Of a stretch of 64,000 bases of DNA, positions 9,066 to 17,906 are shown one piece after another; the first letter of the stretch is position 1; each line of letters opens with the position of its first letter. Both the position numbers and the translations under genes were made by a program. The stretch lies in contig MGGJ01000006.1 in NCBI GenBank assembly GCA_001792345.1, positions 22,656 to 86,655 on the forward strand. The letters are read 5' to 3'. This DNA is from Candidatus Woesebacteria bacterium RIFCSPHIGHO2_01_FULL_39_32 (GTDB taxonomy: Bacteria; Patescibacteriota; Microgenomatia; UBA8517). A model generated the notes under the pieces. That model saw nothing but the letters and a program-made list of their open reading frames with translations. It searched no databases and was not told the origin of the DNA.

Positions 9066-10136
9066 ATGACAAAACAGTCATTTCCTGAAACGAAGTTTAC
9101 TTATTCATCGCGGACTGAAGCTCTGCGACTACTCTTCACAGCCAAAAAGATTGCTACCTGGCAGTATCAATATCATGGATTTATTATTCTGCCGAACCTC
9201 GCTGTTAATTTTCCCAGCAATGCAATCTGTTTCCCGGATCTACCTTATAATCAAATCAATAACTTTTGGACAAGAGTAAAAAAGGTTGTGCAGACCACTC
9301 CGCCCGTTGCTGAAGAAAAGTTAATTAAAGAAACAGAATCCCTTTTAATAAGTTCAGATAAACCACTTATCGACAGAAAAAGACTGTCGGAATTAGAAGC
9401 GAAATGGAACGATATTTCAAAAGCAGTCTGGATAAAACTCAGTGACATTTTCCCGATGCAAACAAATCTACTGAAAAGGTTCACTGTCTGCCCTACATGT
9501 TTCGGTACGACCAAATCATTCAGCCTCATTACAAGCAAAGATAATCATCTGCGATTGTATTTAAGAATTGACGTTCCGTTTAATGAAAATGTTTTAGATG
9601 CTTTAATCTCCGGCCTTATAAGACACCGTCTACAGACGAAGCATTCATTTACATGGGAAGAAACGGAGGCTGCAAAAGATGCAATTATCTTAGAAACAAG
9701 CCTTAACCAGTTCTGTCCAAACTACAAGACTACACTCGCCGCAGCTCGAACCTATCAAAAATCAGATCTGATAAGTATTTCCCAGAGATATCTGAAACGA
9801 TTAGGCTTTGCCCACACAAACCAATGGGGCTATCGTAATGAAATTATATACTTTCAAGATAAAATGTTAGAAAAGCTGACAAGACAAGAGTATCAATTAC
9901 TTTCTAATCTTATTGAAAATCCCAGAAATATGTTAACGTTTGATGAAATCGCAGATATTCTCTGGCCCAATGGGGAAGATTATTCTTTATGGGCTATAAC
10001 CAAACTAATCGAACGCTTGAGGAAAAAATTGTCACAAAACGGTATCTCTCCTCACCTTATCCAAACAAAGCGAAAAAAAGGTTACTCTCTTTACGCTAGA
10101 CCTAAATCGATACAGATAGATGATAAGATATTTTAA
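9066..10136 (+). CDS. Protein with C-terminal OmpR-type winged-helix DNA-binding domain and no receiver domain
   Basis: LTRQEYQLL..L......LTFDEIADILW...SLWAITKLIERLRKKL...IQTKRKKGY. Confidence 0.75.
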   Translation: MTKQSFPETKFTYSSRTEALRLLFTAKKIATWQYQYHGFIILPNLAVNFPSNAICFPDLPYNQINNFWTRVKKVVQTTPPVAEEKLIKETESLLISSDKPLIDRKRLSELEAKWNDISKAVWIKLSDIFPMQTNLLKRFTVCPTCFGTTKSFSLITSKDNHLRLYLRIDVPFNENVLDALISGLIRHRLQTKHSFTWEETEAAKDAIILETSLNQFCPNYKTTLAAARTYQKSDLISISQRYLKRLGFAHTNQWGYRNEIIYFQDKMLEKLTRQEYQLLSNLIENPRNMLTFDEIADILWPNGEDYSLWAITKLIERLRKKLSQNGISPHLIQTKRKKGYSLYARPKSIQIDDKIF

Positions 10137-10197
10137 TATTTAACAATCAGCTATCTAACAATTTCATAAGTTCAATCCATAAACACGTGTACAAATC

Positions 10198-11208
10198 CTA
10201 GTCAGTAAACACCTGTACAAACATCTTGCCATAAATACCGTTGTCAATAACTCCAATTCCCATTCGATTAAACTCTGTTTCCAAAATATTTGCACGGTGA
10301 CCCTCGGATTGCATAAGCCCATTGTGGGAAGTTGCAACGGTCGGGGCTAAGGCCAAATTCTCCCCCACAACATTGAAGCTTACATTTTCTCTCTCCATTC
10401 GAACGACTACATCCTCTCCATCAGGTGAAACGTGCCCGAAATACTCCCTCTCCCACATATCCCTAGCGTGTGCTCTCGCAACCAGCACAACGTCGGGTCG
10501 AAAGGCTAGCTCAGGGACCCCTCGTTTTCTTCTTTCGTCATTAACCAGTCTAAACAATGCAAATTCCGATGCTTCATCAACAGCAAGTTCCTGTTTATCT
10601 ACCGTTATAGGTATCAGTTCAGTACTACCGGGGCGGACTGTAAGATAAGTAAGTGAATCTTCAACCAAACCTCCAAAAATTTCGTTTACCCTTGCCTCGA
10701 TTCCTGAGGTTTTTTGAACTAAAATCCCTCCAATTTTGGAATCAGTAACGTCTGATTTTAATTTTGGCGAAATCGGAAGTCCTATAACTAGAGTAAGAAC
10801 AAACGAAATAAGAATTAAGCCTTGACCTGCTGCTGGAATAGTTGCGGCAATATTATTCCACGGCTTTTTCCAAAATTTGTAAGGGATTTTTCGAATGAGA
10901 GAAGAAAATAAAAATCCTAAAATCGCTTCGGAAAATGCCGCCGTGATCAAAAAGCCTAAAGCATTTGAAACCGAACGAGCTAGAGAAAAATTAGTCTGTA
11001 AAATGTCGGACGTGAACGTATAACCTCTTAAGGCAATAAGAAGCGAAAGCAAGAAACCGAAAAAATCGGCTACAATTACCCAAAATCCCACTCTCCAAGC
11101 TTCACTGACGAAATAAGCAACAGTTAGAATAATCAAAAAATCAACCCAATTTGCTTGTAAAGAAAATGTAGACATTTTCAAATCTAAAATCCCAATTTCA
11201 AAATCCAA
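10198..11208 (-). CDS. CvpA-family membrane domain fused to CAP/SCP domain; true start probably near 11175
   Basis: NWVDFLII TM region; LVNDERRKRG, ARAHARDM, YFGH, GENLA, SEGHRANIL. Confidence 0.88.
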   Translation of the reverse strand: MDFEIGILDLKMSTFSLQANWVDFLIILTVAYFVSEAWRVGFWVIVADFFGFLLSLLIALRGYTFTSDILQTNFSLARSVSNALGFLITAAFSEAILGFLFSSLIRKIPYKFWKKPWNNIAATIPAAGQGLILISFVLTLVIGLPISPKLKSDVTDSKIGGILVQKTSGIEARVNEIFGGLVEDSLTYLTVRPGSTELIPITVDKQELAVDEASEFALFRLVNDERRKRGVPELAFRPDVVLVARAHARDMWEREYFGHVSPDGEDVVVRMERENVSFNVVGENLALAPTVATSHNGLMQSEGHRANILETEFNRMGIGVIDNGIYGKMFVQVFTD

Positions 11209-11224
11209 ATTATCATTTGGATTT
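11174..11224. repeat. Degenerate heptamer array and hairpin at the 3' flank of the four-helix-bundle gene
   Basis: AAATCTA AAATCCC AATTTCA AAATCCA AAT, and AAATCCAAAT-TATC-ATTTGGATTT. Confidence 0.7.
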
Positions 11225-11608
11225 ATTAATAATTGTTGAAAATATTCTTATTAGTTGTAGACACTCATCGCGAAGAGATTCACATTTATCAGGATTAGTT
11301 TTAGGATTTTTTACTAAAGAAACCTTTAACCAATAGCGAGTTTCTTTAGCCTCTTTTCTCATAATTTCCATCTTATATGAGAAGTCCTTCTTGGTATGTC
11401 CAGAATCTGCTTCCTCATAATTAGCACCTATCGAAGTTGACGAACGAGCACATTGCCCAATTATTACTCTATTAACAGGTGTCCTTGGCAATTTATCTAA
11501 ATAATCCAAAACATCAATAACAAACTTGAAAATTCTATCTTTCAAATCATATTTCTTTTTATTTTGATTTGGGATTTTGAGCTTGGGATTTAATTTGATA
11601 TTTGTCAT
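11213..11608 (-). CDS. Four helix bundle protein (23S IVP/Avd-like, TIGR02436-type)
   Basis: DLKDRIFKF, Q..RSSTSIGANYEEA, KDF..K..I.RKEAKETRYWL. Confidence 0.92.
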   Translation of the reverse strand: MTNIKLNPKLKIPNQNKKKYDLKDRIFKFVIDVLDYLDKLPRTPVNRVIIGQCARSSTSIGANYEEADSGHTKKDFSYKMEIMRKEAKETRYWLKVSLVKNPKTNPDKCESLRDECLQLIRIFSTIINKSK

Positions 11609-11625
11609 TTGGATTTGGGATTTTG
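11562..11625. repeat. Degenerate heptamer array at the 5' flank of the four-helix-bundle gene, inverted relative to 11174-11210
   Basis: Repeated TTTGGGA/TTTTGA/TTTGGA units with period about 7. Confidence 0.7.
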
Positions 11626-11898
11626 CTTCGCTTTGCGAAGCTCAGAAAGTTTCCACATGAACAGCCTTGGCTTAGATTTGACATTATATGCGTCTTTAAC
11701 AAAATTTCTTGCTGCCTCCAAGAGTCCTCGACGGGTTTCTTTGGCCAACTTAATATACAAAGATTTATTCTTCAGGTCTCCCAGTTCTTCTGCCAGATCA
11801 TATCCGTATTTCTGAAATTCTCTGGAAATATATTTGTCCTCATCGGATCTAAACTTTTTTAAAACATCTCCTACCTTTGTAAAATACCTTTTAGTCAT
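11605..11898 (-). CDS. Conserved hypothetical protein
   Basis: SREFQKYGYDLAEEL.D..NKSLYIKLAK; overlaps both neighbours (operonic). Confidence 0.7.
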   Translation of the reverse strand: MTKRYFTKVGDVLKKFRSDEDKYISREFQKYGYDLAEELGDLKNKSLYIKLAKETRRGLLEAARNFVKDAYNVKSKPRLFMWKLSELRKAKQNPKSK

Positions 11899-13091
11899 AT
11901 TCTTCTTTTGTAATATGCAATCAAAGGCATCAGGCTCATGACTGCTGCAATTATAATAAATGAGCTTAAATCAAACCCGATTGTTACAAAAAACATTACC
12001 AAGCTAATTGCAAAGAAAGAACCGAAAATAATATTTACTTCTCTAAAAAGTATTGCTTTTGCCGTACTTTTACCTTCGAGTGCCTTTTTGTAAGTTAAAG
12101 CATTCAGAGGATATACAACCATCCGTTCACCGAAATTCCAGAAACTGTCTGCAAATACAAAGGCCGAAAATGATCTGTTTAGTCCTTTTATTAACCAGGA
12201 AATAAAAACAAGAGGCGTTCCGATTCTAATTACGCTCCTTACTCCTTGCTTATCCACCCACTGTCCAACCGCCAGAGAAAAAAGAGAGGATACTAGTACG
12301 GAAAGCGAAACAATCTCGCCCATAGAAACCAATTGCCCAAAAATAAAATAAAGAAGTAAAGGCCAGAGAGTCACATATAACATGCCTTCACCACCCGAAC
12401 CGACATACGCCAAAGATATTGATTTAAGTCTTCTGATAAGTATCAGGACCCCACCAAAGGTTACATCGTGCCTTTGTCTTTCTTCATCACCCCTCCCAAC
12501 CAAGAAAAGAGCAATGACAACCAAGGCTCCTGTTAAAAAATAAAGCAGAGGAAAACCTAATAAGCTGACAATGACCGCGCCAAAAAATGGTGTTGCGACC
12601 GCGGCAAAAGTTTCAAGAAATCCGGCTTCGCTTATGGATAATCCGAAGTGTTCCGTGTCGCCTCTTTTTATAAAGTAGCCGTGATATCCCCACCAATAAA
12701 GACTCGACTGCATTCCATAAAAAATTGCCGCAAAGAAAAAGAGAAATGGATTACCCTTTGCCAGGATCATTGCAGGAATAAAAAGGAAAAAAGGAATACT
12801 TGACGCCCATATCGTTCCCTTGAAACCTATCTTCTGGCTAAGGTTCTCCGCAAAAATCAAGGCAACCAGTCTAGTTGCTTGTTCTATAACGAAGAAAGAA
12901 AGAACCAGAATTAGTGCTAACTGGCTGGTCAATCCTAAGCCTACAAAAGTTTCATAAACATAAATTGCAGAAAAAAGTCCCAAAAGAATTATCGCCATTC
13001 TCCTGACTACGCCGCCCCAAAAAAGGTGCATCAAATCTTTCTTTGGAAGGTACAAGGTGTTTAGGTTGTGGGGAAGGTGCGCTACCTGCAT
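11895..13091 (-). CDS. MFS transporter
   Basis: About 12 TM helices; SQKIGFK and GQWVDKQG loop motifs. Confidence 0.82.
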   Translation of the reverse strand: MQVAHLPHNLNTLYLPKKDLMHLFWGGVVRRMAIILLGLFSAIYVYETFVGLGLTSQLALILVLSFFVIEQATRLVALIFAENLSQKIGFKGTIWASSIPFFLFIPAMILAKGNPFLFFFAAIFYGMQSSLYWWGYHGYFIKRGDTEHFGLSISEAGFLETFAAVATPFFGAVIVSLLGFPLLYFLTGALVVIALFLVGRGDEERQRHDVTFGGVLILIRRLKSISLAYVGSGGEGMLYVTLWPLLLYFIFGQLVSMGEIVSLSVLVSSLFSLAVGQWVDKQGVRSVIRIGTPLVFISWLIKGLNRSFSAFVFADSFWNFGERMVVYPLNALTYKKALEGKSTAKAILFREVNIIFGSFFAISLVMFFVTIGFDLSSFIIIAAVMSLMPLIAYYKRRI

Positions 13092-13115
13092 GAATAAAGT
13101 TTATCAGTAAATCAG

Positions 13116-13652
13116 TTAATCAGTGAATCTACGAATCAGATCTTTGACTACATTACCGACAACAACATCAATCGTGGATTTTTCTTCATCAGTAAAATTT
13201 TGTAAAACGTATTCTTCTCCTCTTGTTCTTTGTTCTTTGTTGTTTGTTCTATTGTCAACCCCAATTCTTACGTGCCAAAAGTTTTTTGTTTCAAGTTTTT
13301 CGTAAATTGATAATAATCCCCCATGTTCTCTGGGCCCCTTCCCTTTTTGAATTTTATAGCTTCCTAATACTAAATCTAGGTCATCATGAATAACCCACAT
13401 GTTCGGTAATTTTATTTTGAAATGAACAAGTAGTTTCTTCACGGAAACACCTGAAGAATTCATGAAAGTTTGAGGTCTTGCAAAGACAGTTTGACTCGCG
13501 TGATGGTAAAAAATTAAAGAATCCAACTTTTTTTCGATATGCGGAGAAACTGTAAGAGTTTTAATGATTGCGTCAATAACCATAAATCCAACATTATGCC
13601 ATGTGTCTTTGTACTTTTCTCCTGGATTGCCAAGGCCTACAACAAGCTTCAT
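13116..13652 (-). CDS. pth: Peptidyl-tRNA hydrolase
   Basis: LVVGLGNPG, HNVGF, PQTFMNSSG, HDDLDL, HGGL. Confidence 0.97.
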   Translation of the reverse strand: MKLVVGLGNPGEKYKDTWHNVGFMVIDAIIKTLTVSPHIEKKLDSLIFYHHASQTVFARPQTFMNSSGVSVKKLLVHFKIKLPNMWVIHDDLDLVLGSYKIQKGKGPREHGGLLSIYEKLETKNFWHVRIGVDNRTNNKEQRTRGEEYVLQNFTDEEKSTIDVVVGNVVKDLIRRFTD

Positions 13653-13668
13653 TGTGTAATTGTACTAC

Positions 13669-14301
13669 TTAATCCTTTTCCTCGACAAAGGGGACGAAGT
13701 GGAAGATACCAAATTTTTCTCTAATAATTTCCCCATTTTTGTTCTTTTCGAATCTAGTCATAGTCTTATCATGACCGCGACCCAAAGGCGCCACTAATAC
13801 CCCACCTTTTTTTAGCTGATCGAAAAGTTCTTCTGGCACCTTATCTCCCAATCCCGCCGTCACAATAATTGCATCATATGGAGCGTTCTTTCTCCATCCA
13901 TACTCTCCACTACCCTTCCTTACATAGACGTTTCTGAAACCTAATTTTTTTAGAGTTTTTTTCGCTCCGTCCGCAAGCTGCCGGATTATCTCGACTGTGT
14001 AGACCCCTTTTGCCAGTCTCGAAAGTACGGCTGCTTGATAACCTGAACCCGTACCAATCTCCAACACCTTTTCTTTTCCAGTTAGCTCTAAAAGGTCTGT
14101 CATATAAGCTACGGTGTAGGGTTGAGACATTGTTTGACCGTATCCAATCGAGACCGGGCCGTCGTGGTATACCATATCCCGATATCTTTTTGGTACAAAC
14201 TTTTCCCGAGGAATTTGAAGCATAACAGAAAGGACATCAGAGGAACCTAGACCATATTTACTTTTTATGGTATAAACCATCTGCTCCCGTTCGTCTTTCA
14301 T
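13669..14301 (-). CDS. pcm: Protein-L-isoaspartate O-methyltransferase
   Basis: IGYGQTMSQP, VLEIGTGSGYQAA, APYDAIIVTA, FVPF. Confidence 0.96.
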   Translation of the reverse strand: MKDEREQMVYTIKSKYGLGSSDVLSVMLQIPREKFVPKRYRDMVYHDGPVSIGYGQTMSQPYTVAYMTDLLELTGKEKVLEIGTGSGYQAAVLSRLAKGVYTVEIIRQLADGAKKTLKKLGFRNVYVRKGSGEYGWRKNAPYDAIIVTAGLGDKVPEELFDQLKKGGVLVAPLGRGHDKTMTRFEKNKNGEIIREKFGIFHFVPFVEEKD

Positions 14302-14310
14302 GCTTTTGGG

Positions 14311-14348
14311 GCTTCCAGCCCATAGGGCTTTAGCCCGGTGGGGCAGAT
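14311..14348. repeat. IS200/IS605-end-like or REP-like palindrome
   Basis: GCCCATAGGGCTTTAGCCCGGTGGGGC hairpin in an intergenic space. Confidence 0.5.
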
Positions 14349-14355
14349 TTTTACC

Positions 14356-14697
14356 TCATGCTTTTTTCATGAACTTTCTCGCATATTTACCAACTACTGG
14401 AACTTCCCACTCTTGTCCTTGCCATGCCTTATATATAAGTAATAACCAAAGAGCAAAACCTAATACAGAAAGAAGTGGTACCAACGGCAATAATACAAGC
14501 GTCAGTCCAAAAACCCACTGAAGAACAAAAAGTAAAGTAAAAACAACAATTGATTGCATTGCGTGAAATCGCACAAAGGGATCCTTCTCTAAAACATAAA
14601 AAAGTACTCCTGTTATTGGACCCAGTACATATGACAAAGCTGCCGCCGTGTTTTTTGGTAAGCCTGTTCCTTTTACATCTCCCGCCATAACCATCAC
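14356..14697 (-). CDS. DUF4870 family membrane protein
   Basis: NTAAALSY.LGPITG, EKDPFVRFHAMQS. Confidence 0.85.
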   Translation of the reverse strand: MMVMAGDVKGTGLPKNTAAALSYVLGPITGVLFYVLEKDPFVRFHAMQSIVVFTLLFVLQWVFGLTLVLLPLVPLLSVLGFALWLLLIYKAWQGQEWEVPVVGKYARKFMKKA

Positions 14698-14778
14698 CCC
14701 CTCCTCTTTCCTAATCTTTTCAGAAAATAAAACCTAGGTCAAGTATAGGTTTGTATAAAGTATAGAAGAAATTTAATA

Positions 14779-14928
14779 TTACGGTGTTATTTGGCTGTCA
14801 TCAATCAATTTGCCAAAAACATAAAATGGAACTGCTAATACCAAGAAATAAATCTTTATAAAGTTTGTTCCAATTTCTAATATTATATTTTTTGTCATAG
14901 TCAAAATAAGTGGCTTAGTGTTGTACAT
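14779..14928 (-). CDS. Possible 49-aa small membrane protein (absent from the ORF track)
   Basis: MYNTKPLILTMTKNIILEIGTNFIKIYFLVLAVPFYVFGKLIDDSQITP*; GAGG upstream. Confidence 0.35.
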   Translation of the reverse strand: MYNTKPLILTMTKNIILEIGTNFIKIYFLVLAVPFYVFGKLIDDSQITP

Positions 14929-14960
14929 CCTCTAAATATGCCCGGCAGTATAATCTTTTA

Positions 14961-15128
14961 AGGGGCAGGCTCGTCTCCCATCAGGCAGGGACTTTTCAGA
15001 AAGACTTAAGGGGAGAATATTCCTTTGATTTATGAGCTAACCGCTCTAAAGTTTCCTCCCTCTTAAGTCCCTCCTCTCTTATTTCTGACAAAAGCATAAT
15101 ACATATAAAATAGCTTAGCTTGAGCCCT
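14961..15128. ncRNA. Candidate structured ncRNA (long interrupted hairpin, possibly 6S-like)
   Basis: Nested stems TCAGAAA/TTTCTGA, GACTTAAG/CTTAAGTC, GGGAG/CTCCC, CTTT/AAAG, GAGC/GCTC; TATAAT at 14949. Confidence 0.35.
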
Positions 15129-15185
15129 ATCTAAGATATTCCTAGCAGTTTAGCCTCACAAAATCTGAGTTTTCTGAGTTAAAAA

Positions 15186-15839
15186 TTGAACCTAAATATC
15201 TTTGGTAGTAAAATACTCGTAATTTCCATGACAAGGACAGAAGTTGTAACAGAAAGAAGAATAAATCAAGGTATAGTTTTAGATCCTGCATCCGGGACTC
15301 TCGCTGCAAACCTGTGGGGGTTAGCGCATCCAAACGAACAACCTACGACCGGCAACGAAGAGTCGATACTTTTTGTAGATAAAATTTCCGTTGATGGATG
15401 GAGTGGAAACTCTAACATCATTGGAACAGTCGTAGTGAAAGCGGGTGGGTCTTTGGAACAACAAACTGCAAGACTAGGAATTTTTTTTAGAAGAAAACCA
15501 GACGGGCTTGATCTAAAAAATTTTGATGTGTGGTTAGGAAAAGTAGGAACACAAGATGAAAAACCCGCAACGGTAACTGTAACTCAGTATGCCAATTCTG
15601 GCTTTAGACAATCATGGCCAGCAAGCATGGCTGCTTTTTTCCCAGATAGTTCTCCTATTAGCCGTGTAGCTCAAATTAAAATGCCAAGCCTAATACTTCA
15701 ACAAACTCTGAATGGCTGGATAACAGAGCTTCAACAAGACATACCAGCAGAAGGAGTTCCAATATGTCTAAATGAGGCAATTCAAACACTCACTAGTACA
15801 CAGATTGATGTTGCTTCCAATCTTCCCCTAGCTGCTTAA
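15186..15839 (+). CDS. Hypothetical protein; true start probably the ATG at 15228
   Basis: Long ORF; no recognised motif. Confidence 0.55.
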   Translation: MNLNIFGSKILVISMTRTEVVTERRINQGIVLDPASGTLAANLWGLAHPNEQPTTGNEESILFVDKISVDGWSGNSNIIGTVVVKAGGSLEQQTARLGIFFRRKPDGLDLKNFDVWLGKVGTQDEKPATVTVTQYANSGFRQSWPASMAAFFPDSSPISRVAQIKMPSLILQQTLNGWITELQQDIPAEGVPICLNEAIQTLTSTQIDVASNLPLAA

Positions 15840-17839
15840 ACCTTTGTTCTGCTATACAATTCCCTTATTGTAGGAATATCTCGGGGATGGACTAGTGTAG
15901 CCAAGACTTCATCAGATAACTTATCTATGTGTTCGCGTATATATGAACTATGAACCTCAGGTAAGTGTACAAGCATTACAATAACCTTACCGTCAAATTT
16001 TTCACCATCTTTTTTATGTTCACCAAAAGCAGCTCTAATCCTCCTGCACAAATCATAAGGATCAATTAAATCATCCTGTTGTAATGAAAATATATGTGCA
16101 GTATCGTTTAATCTTTTCGAACCCCCAGGCTCTTCGATTTCGGTGTAAGTAAAACCCGGTCCGTTTGGTTTATTGAAACCTGCAAGTCGCGCCTGAACAT
16201 CAATATGAGCTCCACTGTCTTCATATTCAGCTCTATAGCCATCCATTCTCTGTGCTGTGGGAAGCGAAGTTTTGTTGCCTGTGTGTATAAAAACGTTTCC
16301 TATATATGCTAAACCTTCCTCAACAATCCTGTTCCTAATAGCTGCGTCTGTGCTCTGTTTCCCTTTATTACCAGTATTTACACTCACACCAACCAGTAAT
16401 CTACCCTCAGAATTTTTCAACATAAACCCTGCTCTAGCCAACTCTTCTATGTCTATATCCTCTGCTGCTTCCCAGATAAATTGTATGTGCCCCTCATGCA
16501 GTGGATCCAACTCTCCGGAAAATTCAATCACAGAATCTCCACTTTGCACTATTTCTCTGCCTGGAATGGTTTTTTTTCTTTCTTCTTCTATTCTTGCTTG
16601 GTGATTTCCCCATAATTCTTCACTCAAACCTAAAGTCCTATAGTCATCTTTAGTCCAGTCAAAAGTATTGTAACCCCTAAGTCTCATCTGAAATATAAAT
16701 TCAGGAATTATCCAGTTTTGAATCTTATCAATCGTCTCTTTATTCCCTCCTGACCAATCGTTTACTATTTCTAAGCCAAAGCCAGCGTACCCACCTTCTA
16801 AAGGTAAATATTGTCCAATAACTTTTCCGGAGTCTCTAAAAGCAGAACAAAAACCCAATATTCCTTCTTTGTTAATACTCACTCTTCTCCTCCGAAAAAC
16901 TCTAACCAGGCTTCTCGCAATTGATTCTACTATTTGAGAATCCTCTGTATCAGATTGTGAGTTTGATAATCTCTCAGCAAGAGCAACTCCAACAGGAACT
17001 AAAATATTCTCTGGTGGTGTGGGCCGTAGCAAATCCATTTCTTTATAGTTTCCTTCCCAAGAGTATTTCAAAAATTCCTCTAAATCTCTTGCACTTATCG
17101 CAATCTTTTGTAGCTGTTCAGCTAATCGCGGATAACTTGTCATTATTTCATTAGCTCGTTTTTCTAAAAGTTCAGCACATCCTCCAGCGAATGTCCTAAG
17201 ATTATCAAACGCCCACGTCCCTCGTACTTCCTCTTGAAATAAAGGTCTACCGTCTCTCTTCTCTTTTCCATTGGACTCTTCCCAACCTGCTAGGGGTAAA
17301 ATCCGATATACTCCCGCGGAAGAAAAATATTTTCTCACTACTGCAGGATCACTACACGCAAGACCTCCGATACTATCAAACCATACACTAACTGCTTCTG
17401 TTCTTATCGGAGGCGCTACTTCACCTTTTAACCACCCCTCGATCGACCTTACGAAAATGTGTGGGTCAGATTCTAATAGGTGACGATTACCCTCCCTGTC
17501 AGTGCCCCATGCTTCTTTAGGTTTAAAACTTCCGACTTGTGGCCAAAAATGTCTAATACTCGTAATGAGTGCTTCAAAGGAGGCAATATCTTCTTCGTTT
17601 GAAAATCTTAATGACTGCGAAATTACTTTGAATTTTTTGGGAGTTTGTTCTGTCAAGCCTCGACACTCTGCTTCACCCATCTCAACTTTTCTTCTAGATT
17701 CTTCAGCTAAACTTGCAAATATTCCAACACTCCACACCCATGAAGGTATCATCCCCCACGGAGCCTCTTTGCTTATTCCAAGTCGGTAATAACCATCCTC
17801 CGCAACTTGTCTAAGAGATATTTGTGTTTCTGCTGTCAT
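15836..17839 (-). CDS. Large protein with C-terminal HxGH nucleotidyltransferase (CoaD/NadD-like) domain
   Basis: FSGELDPLHEGHI, VGVSVN..K, R..IV, and VHSSYIRE (ISST.IR-like). Confidence 0.65.
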   Translation of the reverse strand: MTAETQISLRQVAEDGYYRLGISKEAPWGMIPSWVWSVGIFASLAEESRRKVEMGEAECRGLTEQTPKKFKVISQSLRFSNEEDIASFEALITSIRHFWPQVGSFKPKEAWGTDREGNRHLLESDPHIFVRSIEGWLKGEVAPPIRTEAVSVWFDSIGGLACSDPAVVRKYFSSAGVYRILPLAGWEESNGKEKRDGRPLFQEEVRGTWAFDNLRTFAGGCAELLEKRANEIMTSYPRLAEQLQKIAISARDLEEFLKYSWEGNYKEMDLLRPTPPENILVPVGVALAERLSNSQSDTEDSQIVESIARSLVRVFRRRRVSINKEGILGFCSAFRDSGKVIGQYLPLEGGYAGFGLEIVNDWSGGNKETIDKIQNWIIPEFIFQMRLRGYNTFDWTKDDYRTLGLSEELWGNHQARIEEERKKTIPGREIVQSGDSVIEFSGELDPLHEGHIQFIWEAAEDIDIEELARAGFMLKNSEGRLLVGVSVNTGNKGKQSTDAAIRNRIVEEGLAYIGNVFIHTGNKTSLPTAQRMDGYRAEYEDSGAHIDVQARLAGFNKPNGPGFTYTEIEEPGGSKRLNDTAHIFSLQQDDLIDPYDLCRRIRAAFGEHKKDGEKFDGKVIVMLVHLPEVHSSYIREHIDKLSDEVLATLVHPRDIPTIRELYSRTKV

Positions 17840-17850
17840 AAGCCATCTTT

Positions 17851-17878
17851 AAAAAAAGTCTTACCTTTTGGGTAAGAC
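17851..17878 (-). terminator. Rho-independent terminator
   Basis: GTCTTACC-CAAAA-GGTAAGAC followed by T7 on the minus strand, downstream of 17907..19286. Confidence 0.75.
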
Positions 17879-17906
17879 CGGAAGTTTTTTGGGGCAGATT
17901 AGAAAC

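Noticed and set aside
11213-11608. Diversity-generating retroelement (Avd-like gene)
   Set aside because: No reverse transcriptase and no TR/VR pair seen in the window
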